From the NCBI GenBank assembly GCA_964016885.1, contig OZ024743.1, forward strand, positions 46,996,001 to 47,060,000: a DNA stretch of 64,000 bases, written 5' to 3'. Shown piece after piece: positions 1 through 10,224 of this stretch (position 1 is the stretch's first letter; every line of letters begins with the position of its first letter). This DNA is from Eledone cirrhosa. Its lineage: Eukaryota. Under the pieces are notes generated by a model that saw only the letters and a list, made by a program, of their open reading frames with translations, did no database searches and was not told the origin of the DNA. A program made the translations under genes and the position numbers.

Positions 1-170
1 TAACAACAACTACCACTACAATAGCAATAGCAACAACAACAACAACAATAATAACAATGACAACAATAACAACAACAACTACTACTACTACAATAGCAAC
101 AACAACAACAACCGCAACAACAACAACAACAACAACAGCAACAGCAACAACAACAACAACAACAACAACA

Positions 171-204
<34 letters not shown>

Positions 205-218
205 TTACTACTACAATA
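1..218. repeat. (ACA)n/(ACT)n microsatellite
   Basis: Visible trinucleotide repeat. Confidence 0.9.
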
Positions 219-219
219 A

Positions 220-445
220 TCAGTGCTGGTGTACCATTAAGGTCAACTCCTACTTATCCTGAGAGAGTCGTGGGGGTAGAGTCCTTAAACACTCCTTCCA
301 GCGGGTCCTGTCAGAAGCAACCGTCTCAACTGATCCGGCCGGATCCCCAAACAAGACTAGCCAAGTTCATGGATGGTATCCAACCATCTTGCTTGAGGTC
401 TGTCTCTGGGTTCTTGCCGGTGGGTTTTGCCCCTAAAAATCTGTC
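220..445 (-). mobile_element. LINE 3' fragment next to the trinucleotide repeat
   Basis: Minus-strand peptide RQEPRDRPQARWLDTI resembles the RTE C-terminal RGRP..RW.D motif. Confidence 0.45.
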
Positions 446-2409
446 CAATTTTCGAAATTATTTGAAAATTTTAGGTAGTCTTTCATTAGAAATATAGTAA
501 TTAAAAGGTTAAATCACTCCAGCTCATCTGTTGCCATGTTATACTTATGATGTATATTAAAGTTAATACAGACCATCTGTCTCTATGACTTACTTTATGA
601 GATAGGTTAATAAAATAACAGTAGCTCCTTTGTCCCCATATCACACTGATATCCCTGAAGACCATTCATCTTCATGTCACACATGAGAGATATTAACCTT
701 TTTATATCAACACACTAACAACTGTCCTTGGTTCTATGATACAAAACTGCCTGTTTTAAAGTGTTCATATTTATGTTAATATCTTCCATCTTAATTTTCT
801 ATAAGAAATTTGTGTTAAGTAATGCTCCAAACATCAGTTTAACACATAACGTCCTGTACCACATGACACCACATTAGCAAGATATTCTTGAAAAATACAA
901 AACAGCATTATGACTGTATCATTAAAAATTAAAATCTTTTTTTTAGTTTACAGCAAGTTTTTGCAATGAATTGTCAACTAGTAAAGATACTATAAACATT
1001 TGAATTAATAACCTTGTTTTCAAATATATTTTCTGCTAAATAATTACAGAAAGTTGAAAGTTAATAAGAAAATTATTTATTTTATTAAATTCCTGTAAAT
1101 ATTTTATTATTTTCACAATTAATTGAAACACATTGTTATTGTATTCCATAAGTGATATGGTAAGAAAAGGGTTAAGACCATTGCAGCCCATCTGTCTCCA
1201 TGACACATGTATGGGATATATTAAAATCACTGCAAGCTGAATGAAATAAATGTTAATAAAAGTATTAGTGCTATTCCCAGCAGTCACACCTTTTATATAC
1301 TCTATACTTCCTCTTTTGCTTTTTTGTTTCCCATCTTCTGTTTTGTTTTATTTACTTTCCTACTCCAACTTTCCAATATGAACAGTCTAAATACAGATGT
1401 GCCCCTCCAAAAAGCAATGATATAATAAAGTTCGATTACTTCAATGTGCATAGCAACAAAGAATATCAGAGATTACATAGAAACTCAACCGTAAAGCTTT
1501 TGTTTGTTGAAATCAAAGATTCTAGAATCGTCTCTGACAATACGATCAGTAGAACATGCGTTATTTTCTGCTCGTGTATTTACAGTTGCCAAGCAACTAG
1601 GCAATTTGGGATTAATATCCTTTGAATATTTGAAAAATAAACTTGAAATAAATAAAGAAGTACTCAATATAATGTGTATGTTTTGTGTATTGATGTCATA
1701 GATTTAACCCTTTTATTACCATATTTCTTATGAAAGACACTTTTTATGATTTTCAGATAATTATGCAAATAATCAAGAATTTGGAGAGAATTAATAAAAA
1801 CTTTCTCATTATGAAATTGTTGTTTGGGTATTGGGTTAGCTGTATTGGTAGAGCATTGGATAATATGCTTTGTGGTATATAGTTATGGCCTTTTATGTTC
1901 TGAGTTCAAATCCCACCGAGTTTAGCTTTGCCTTTCACTCTTATGTGGTTGATAATATAAAGCACCAGTAATGCATTGGAGTCAATTTAATTGACTTTCC
2001 CTTTCCTTTCAAATTACTGGCCTTTGTGTCAAATGTAGAAACAATTATTAAATTGGTCTTCAGAATATAACTCAACATAAAATTATGATGGAAAGTTTTT
2101 AGAAGAATATAAATATTTTAAAATGAACAATTTTGTATTGTAGAACCAGGGTCAGTTCAGGTGGTTTGGTATCAAAAGAATTGGTCAATGGATTGCAGAA
2201 TCATATTTAATCATATACCATTACATTCTGAGTTCAAATCTTGCTGTGAATTCGATTTAGCCTTTTACTTTTTTATGCAAAATAAACAGATGCCTGGAAC
2301 ATCAAGGGAAGAGAAGCATCTGTTATATTCAAATTAAATCTATTAGTTATTAAAAAGCAATTTTTTTGCAGACTTTATATGAGGGGTGCCATAATGTTTT
2401 AAGTAGAGC

Positions 2410-2606
2410 AGATATATGACTAGAACTGATTCATCAGGAATGTTTGGTAGAGTTGGTCTTGTTCGTTATTTATGGATATCTTAAGGAGAGATAATAAAAG
2501 GGAAAGGAAGAGGATCTACCACCCAAAATCTATAAATAACGAACCTGACCAACTTTATCTGACATTCCCAAGGATTTCATATGAATGAATCAGTTCTAGT
2601 CTTATA
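2410..2606. repeat. Imperfect long hairpin, MITE-like inverted repeat
   Basis: Arm pairs gactagaactgattcat/atgaatcagttctagtc and gttcgttatttatggat/atctataaataacgaac. Confidence 0.7.
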
Positions 2607-2659
2607 GAAGTCCATTCTATATAAAATATATCACACAGTTAGACACACATGTATGTAGG

Positions 2660-2952
2660 ATCCATCACCATTGTCGTTGTCAGCACCATCACCATCATCA
2701 TTATCATCATGATCATCATGATGATGATCATCATCAATGTCATTGCCATCATCATCACCATCACCATCACCATGATGATGAAGATCATCATGATCATCCC
2801 CATCACCGCCATCACCATCACCATCACTACCATCACCATCACCATCATCTTCATCACCGCCATCCTCATCACCATCACTACCATCACCATCACCATCACC
2901 ATCATCTTCATCACCGCCACCCTCATCACCATCACTACCATCACCATTATCA
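2660..2952. repeat. (CAT/CAC)n compound microsatellite
   Basis: Visible trinucleotide repeat. Confidence 0.9.
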
Positions 2953-3469
2953 TGTACCTGTATAACTCCCATCTGTGAAAAGCTCCAGGCCAAGAACTTG
3001 CAAATTCATTTGTCAACTTTTCAAAAATAAATTGATCACATCAAGTGGTATGTAAAGTTCACTGTTTCTATGTCAACTTCCGTAATTGCTCAAATACATT
3101 TCATTGTCAACAGATTTTCTTTTAAATATTATTTGTTTGTTATTTTTTGCGAAGTTTTATTTTGATTTGGTCACATGTTGTGATGCAAACACACAGCAAA
3201 TGTTATTGTTTTATTGATGAATACACCAGAAGCTGTAACATAGAACAAGATTAGGCTTTGATGAACTTTATGGATTTTGAAAGCAATTCTTCGTTTTCTT
3301 GATGTAAATGTCACCAAAATCAATATTATCACAAGATGTCAAGTGGAAACACATAAGAAGAATATCCAAATATATAAAGTTGTTATCAAACTGCGGAATT
3401 TCTATTGGTCTGTAAAAATATTGGTCTTGCCCTCAGAAATTGAAATTTACAATACTGCAAAAAAATTTG

Positions 3470-3610
<141 letters not shown>

Positions 3611-3699
3611 CCAGCAGTTTGAAAAAGTAATAAAATGGCAATTTTATTTCATTTCATTTTCACTAAAATGTCATTAGGTTAACTTTAGGTAACAAAATA

Positions 3700-4205
3700 C
3701 ATCATCATCATCGTTATCATCGTTTATATGTCTGTTTTTCCACACTTGCATGGGTTGGACAGGTCCATATCAGCACGGCATCTCTCCACTCACCGCGTTC
3801 TTTTGTCATCTCCACTGTGAGTCTTAGTGATTTGAGATCAGCTCTTACAACCTCTGCCCAGGTCTTTCTTGGTTTACCTCTACTGCAACTTCCTTCCACT
3901 GGGATTTCTTGGCATTTCTTCACCCAGTGATAATCATCCATGCGCATGACATGTCCATACCAATGCAGTCTTCTCTCATGTACACCACCTTGGATTCCTC
4001 TTAAACCCAGTTTCTCTCTCAGCTTGTCCAAGCTCTGCCTTTCTCCCACACTTACATTGCACAATGAACAAAGCATGGTTGCTTTGTTTTTCTCCAGTAT
4101 ACATATGTCCTCTGCAGTCACTGCTCATGTTTCACTAACATGCAGCATCACACTTCACATACAAACATCATACATTTGTCTTTTTTATGTAGGGAGAAAC
4201 CGTTT
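3700..4205 (-). mobile_element. RTE family B-like 3' fragment
   Basis: ORF 3717-4121 ([12 protein letters not shown]...GKPRKTW) with a (GAT)n tail. Confidence 0.85.
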
Positions 4206-4589
4206 ATAGTCAATAATTGTTTCTACTTTAGGCACAAGGCCAGCAATTACCCAGTACATTACTGGTACTTTATTTTATCGACCCCGTAAGGATGAAAGGC
4301 AAAGTTAACCAGTAATGTACTGGGTAATTGCTGGCCTTGTGCCAAAAGTAGAAACAATTATTATAGTCATCAGCGTTTGGTCAACTAGATTACAAATTTC
4401 AAAGTTTCTCAATGCTTCTTAAATCGACCTATGTATATATATATATATATATATATTAGAAAGTGAGGTTTTTTTACAAAGTGAAAAATAACCGAGGTGT
4501 CCTACATGAGTGAAAGTATAAAGAAAAAAAGATGAAATCGAAAATGCAACTGGAGTCTTATTTAAAAAAAAATATATATATTTATTTGG

Positions 4590-4630
4590 TTCCTTTACCG
4601 GTTTCGCAGTTCTTCTGTTTTTCAAAAGTA
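4590..4630 (-). ncRNA. Hammerhead-like motif, U3-A8 core variant (family B, decayed copy)
   Basis: Reverse complement tactt TTGAAAA acag aagaa ctgc GAAA ccgg TA aagga; one stem II mismatch. Confidence 0.45.
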
Positions 4631-5021
4631 GAGTTGAGATGGAGGGTCTGTGGTTTTTCTCACATCTCAGATGTGAGAAAAACCACCGACCAAATTAATA
4701 TATATATTTTTTTAAAAATAAGACTCCAGTTGCATTTTCGATTTTATCTTTTTTTCTTTATATATATATATATATATATATAAATGTAAGTATGTATGTA
4801 TACGTAGATACATATATGTATACAGACGTACAGTAGCATGTATATATATATATATATATACATATATACATACAGGCACACATATATATATGCACGTATC
4901 AGTTTACCCAATATTTATTATAATGTTCGCTTTGTTCGTTTGTAAACAAACGAACAGCCTGATTTACGACATACAGTGTTCAGGCAACCACGTCACCTTT
5001 TTGTTCAACACTGACACAGGA

Positions 5022-5064
5022 ACGATGTACTAGTTTCAAGCTTGTTAGCTATCATCAGCACCGT
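5022..5064 (-). ncRNA. Minimal type I hammerhead ribozyme (family A, copy 1)
   Basis: Reverse complement reads acggtg-CTGATGA-t-agct-aaca-agct-t-GAAA-ctag-TA-catcgt: 6-bp stem I, agct/agct stem II, palindromic stem III ACTAGT, GUA triplet. Confidence 0.8.
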
Positions 5065-5475
5065 ATACCCTTCTGCCAGATGGTTGAACGTCCGAAAGTA
5101 TATACTTTCCTTATGAAAATTAACGGCTGAGCAGCCTAATTTGCATATCGAGTGAGTTCAGTCGGCCAGGCGCACCGAAAACGATAAATGGAATAGAATG
5201 AAACGAAATTTCATTTCTCACTCTTAGTACGGCACTTACTTAAATGTAAGTATGTATGTATACGTACATACATATATGTATACAGACGTACAGTAGCATG
5301 TATATATATATATACATATATACATACAGGCACACATATATATATGCACGTATCAGTTTACCGAATATTTATTATAATGTTCGCTTTGTTCGTTTGTAAA
5401 CAAACGAACAGCCTGATTTACACCGTACAGTGTTCAGGCAACCACGTCACCTTTTTGTTCAACACTGACACAGGA

Positions 5476-5518
5476 ATGATGTACTAGTTTCAAGCTTGTT
5501 AGCTATCGTCAGCACCGT
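5476..5518 (-). ncRNA. Minimal type I hammerhead ribozyme (family A, copy 2)
   Basis: Same motif with a CTGACGA core, 454 nt from copy 1 in direct orientation; one stem I substitution. Confidence 0.75.
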
Positions 5519-5648
5519 ATACCTTTCTGCCAGATGGTTGAACGTCCGAAAGTATATACTTTCCTTATGCAAATTAGGCTGCTCAGCCATTAATTTTCAT
5601 AAGGAAAGTATATACTTTCGGACGTTCAACCATCTGGCAGAAAGGTAT

Positions 5649-5691
5649 ACGGTGCTGACGATAGCTAACAAGCTTGAAACTAGTACATCGT
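5649..5691 (+). ncRNA. Minimal type I hammerhead ribozyme (family A, copy 3, inverted)
   Basis: acggtg CTGACGA t agct aaca agct t GAAA ctag TA catcgt on the plus strand. Confidence 0.8.
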
Positions 5692-5720
5692 TCCTGTGTC
5701 AGTGTTGAACAAAAAGGTGA

Positions 5721-8010
5721 TGTGGAATATAAAGGAACAGTGGGAATTCCTGAAAGCAAACTTGCTGATGGCGGCAGATGAAGTCTGTGGCTGGAGCAGG
5801 CCTATAGGCAGGAGGAGAGTAATGTGGTGGTGGAACAGTAAGGCGGAGGAGTCAATTAAGGCCAAAAAGCAGGCTTGGAAAGTATGGCGGGATGAGTGAA
5901 GTAGAGAAGACTCTCAAGTGGCCAGGAGAGAAGCTAGGAGACAAGTGTACTTTGCAAGAAGGGAAGCAGAGGAAAGAAAGTTCAAGCATGTTCTACAACG
6001 CGAGGACCAAAAACGTGAGGTGTTCAGGATTGCTAGGCAATGTGTCAAGGAAAACCGTGATATTGTCGGGGAGAAGTGTGTCCTTAATGATGATGGTGTA
6101 CAGTCTCCCCCACATCGATCCAATAGAGGGACCAGCAGTGTTAGTTGAAGGTAGTATAATAAATAAGGCAATCAAAGATATGAAGACGGGTAAGGCGGCT
6201 GGGCCTTCGGAAATAGTTGCTGAAATGCTGAAAGCTTCTGGAACGGTGGGACACACTATGGTCACCCGGATAGTAAACCAAGTCATACAGAATGGGGCCG
6301 TTCCAAAGGACTGGCGTAGCAGCATCATCATTAACTGCTACAAGGGTAAAGGAGATGCCCTAGATAGGGGTAACTATAGAGGCATTAAATTAATCGACCA
6401 GGTCATGAAGGTCACAAAAAAAGTAATAGCGCAACTAATCAGAGAGAGAATTGATCTAGATGAAATGCAGTTCGGGTTTGTGTCAGGTAAAAGTACCACA
6501 GACGCTCTTTTCATTGTACGACAACCACAGGTGAAGTACCTAGCTAAAAGTAAACCCCTATACTTAGCTTTTGTCGACTTGGAGAAAGCCTTTGACAGAG
6601 TCCCCCGTTCCATTATCTGGTGGGCTCTTAGAAAACTAGGTGTTGATGAATGGCTTGTGAGAGCTATACAAGCCATGTATAAAGAAACAGTTAGCAAGGT
6701 TAGAATTAACAACGAATATAGTGAAGAGTTTAGCATAAAAGTTGGTGTTCATCAGGGCTCCGTCCTTAGCCCCCTACTATTTATTATTACCCTTCAGGCT
6801 ATAAAAGAGGAGTTCAAGACCGGCTTCCCATGGGAACTCCTATACGCAGATGATCTAATGCTCATAGCTGAATCAATGGCTGAACTAGAGAAGAAATTCC
6901 AAACATGGAAGCATGGCTTAGAATCAAAAGGCCTTAAAATTAACCTGTCTAAGACTAAAGTTCTAGTTTGTAGGAAGGAAAATAGGGCACCGGTACCATC
7001 CGGGAAATGGCCATGCTCAGTGTGTAGGAAAGGAGCAGGCAGAAACTCCATTTTATGTCCCAAATGCAAAGTATGGGTGCATAAAAGATGTAGTGGGATC
7101 ACAGGTAAGCTAACTAAGAATATAGATTTTATATGTGGCCGGTGCGCTGGTACAATAAGTAGCAGCAAATGCCCACAGAATACTAGCTCATTCCATAGCA
7201 CAGATGGTTCTATAGAAATAGTGGACACCTTCCATTACTTGGGTGACAAAATCAGCAGTGGTGGAGGGTGCTCTGAAAGTACAGTAGCTAGAGTCAGAAC
7301 AGGATGGAAAAAGTTCAGAGAGCTTATACCACTATTGGGCGCTAAAGGGTTCTCTCTAAAAATGAAAGGCAGGCTGTATGATGCCTGCATACGAACAGCA
7401 ATGTTACATGGCAGTGAGATCTGGGCATTGTGTGCAGAGGATATACGCAGACTGGAGAGGAACTAAGCTTGCATGCTCCACTGGATGTGTAATAGTAATA
7501 TACGTGAACGGCAAGTCATAAACGAACTAAGGAAGAAATTAGGAATAAGAGGGATCAGATGTTGTTTACTCGAGAGAAGACTACGTTGGTACGGTCACGT
7601 GATGCGCATGAAAGACGACAGCTGTATAAAAAAGTGCAGGGCGATAAAAATAGACGGTAGCCACGGAGTAGGCAGACCCAGAAAAGCCTGGGACGACTTG
7701 ATAAATTCCGACCTCACACACTTACACCTCTCCAAGACAAAAATACACCCCCGTCCCACTACCCCCACCACATCCACACCACCCCTTTCGATGTAAAGTT
7801 ATGTTGGTACCACAACATCCAGTCCGAAACAAATGAGGTCGTGTAGGTGTCAAGACAAAAAAAACACACAGTCCACGCTGTAATGTGGCCGTGTAGGTAA
7901 CACGGTAAAAATGTCCCAGTCCACACTGTAAACATGGCTGGTGTTAGGAAGGGTATCCAGCCATAAAAACCATACCCAAATTAGGTCTGTATGAGCAAGA
8001 CAGTCATCAC
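5721..8010 (+). mobile_element. RTE-clade non-LTR retrotransposon, family A, 5'-truncated and disrupted
   Basis: ORF 5892-7466 has RT motifs [18 protein letters not shown] and LYADD plus a PHD-like Cys/His cluster. It carries a frameshift/deletion and a premature stop, and shares its 3' UTR with other copies. Confidence 0.93.
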
Positions 8011-8319
8011 ACCTGACTTTCTCATAATGGGCAACTCATCTAACCCATCTACATCAGTTAATCTAACCCCAAAAGATCAGTTAATTTCTTAGCCTTAGAG
8101 AATGCAATCCCTGACTCAATACTGGTTGTGGTAAGTAAATCCCTATCTAAATGTTTGACTCTATGTTTTATTAACTGTCATTCAATAAGCTAATCTAACT
8201 GGAATCCGAGTTCTTTGTAAAAGGTTCAGATTAGCAGATAACTATTAGTTGCACTAAAGAACACAAGTTACATAATTGATGATTAATATCTGTTAATAGC
8301 CATTTTATTTCTATTGTAG

Positions 8320-8444
8320 ATTTCGTCAGAAATTAGCAGCGATGCTACAAAGCAATAAGGTGCAATACACGATTATCTTTTTTGTTGTTTTTGATGGCCT
8401 GATTGTCATTCTGGAGCTGCTCATCGACCTGGACATTATTAAAC
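8320..8444 (+). CDS. HVCN1: Hv exon: S0-S1 helix ([41 protein letters not shown])
   Basis: Acceptor tttctattgtag, donor c|gtaagt. The selectivity-filter Asp codon GAT is at 8393-8395. Confidence 0.93.
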
Positions 8445-8752
8445 GTAAGTAGAAATTACATCTTAATTGATTTTACACCAAAGATTGGAATCAAATGAAT
8501 CAACATTGGGTTTGATGAGCATTTCAGTTGTTTGATCAATGGTATAGTCTGCTCATGAAATTAATGTGTAAATGTCTGAGCATTCCACAGACATATGCTG
8601 TTGGACCTCCATTGGTTACAATGATGACTGTTCTAGATGACTGTTCTATGTGTGTGTGTGTGTCTGTGTGCGCATGCATGTATGTATGTATATGTATATA
8701 TACATACAGAAAGGATATATATATATACACACACATACACACACACACACAG

Positions 8753-8809
<57 letters not shown>

Positions 8810-9772
8810 CATGCTAGTGTGGAAGATAGACGTTAAACGATGATGATGATGATGATATATATATAATCAGCAGTGGTGGAGGGTGCTCTGAAAGTACAGT
8901 AGCCAGAGTCAGAACGGGATGGAAAAAGTTCAGAAAGCTTATACCACTATTTGCCGCTAAAGGGTTCTCTCTAAAAATGAAAGGTAGATTGTATGATGCC
9001 TGTATATGAACAGCAATGTTACATGGCAGTGAGATCTGGGTATTGTGTGCAGAGGATATACGCACACTGGAGAAGAACGAAGCTTGCATGCTCCGCTGGA
9101 TGTGTAATAGTAATATACGTGAACGGCAAAGCATAAATGAACTAAGTGAGAAATTAGGAATAAGAGGGATCAGATGCTGTTTACACGAGAGAAGACTACG
9201 TTGGTATGGTCACGTGATGCACATGAAAGACGACAGCTGTATAAAAAAGTGCAGGGCGATCAAAATTGATGGAAGCTTCAGGGTAGGCAGACCCAGAAAA
9301 ACCTGGGACGATTTGATAAATTCCGACCTTACACACTTACACCTCTCCAAGACAATGTCACTGGACTGAGATCTTTGCCGCTACGCAGTAATACAGAAGA
9401 CCCGCCTTGCCTAAGTACAAAGCGAAACTTACAGTCAGTAGGCACCTCTTAACCAACAATACCCCTATCCCACTACCCCTACCACCACCCCTAACTACAC
9501 CACCCCTTTCTCTGTAAAGTTATGTTGGTACCACAACATCCAGTCCTAAATAAATGAGGTCGTGTAGGTGTCACGACAAAAAAACACACAATCCATGCTG
9601 TAATGTGGCCATGTAGGTAACACAGTAAAAACCTCCCAGTCCACTCTGTAAACGCCGTAGGAAACCTGCCAGATAGTCCTATACGAGCAATACAACCAAT
9701 CTTGCCTCAAGTGGGACAATTCCCGTCTAAATCCATGCTAGCATGGAAGATAGACATTAAACGATGAAGATG

Positions 9773-9808
<36 letters not shown>

Positions 9809-10152
9809 TAGAAAGTGAGGTTTTTTTTTTTACAAAATGAAAAATAACCGAGGTGTCCTACACGAGTGAAAGTATAGAGAAAAAAAGATGAAATCGAAAA
9901 TGCAACTGGAGTCTTATTTTAAAAAAAATATATATATTTATTAGGTTCCTTTACCGGTTTCGCAGTTCTTCTGCTTTTCAAAAGTAGAGTTGAGATGGAG
10001 GGTCTGTGGTTTGTGAGAAAAACCACAGACCCTCCATCTCAACTCTCCATTTGAAAAGCAGAAGAACTGCGAAACCGGTAAAGGAACCAAATAAATATAT
10101 ATATTTTTTTTAAAATAAGACTCCAGTTGCATTTTCGATTTTATCTTTTTTT

Positions 10153-10224
<72 letters not shown>

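Noticed and set aside
8090-8136. Consensus donor gtaagt at 8131 as the preceding Hv coding exon
   Set aside because: Splicing to 8320 creates an in-frame TGA. No N-terminal coding exon was identifiable in 1-8319.
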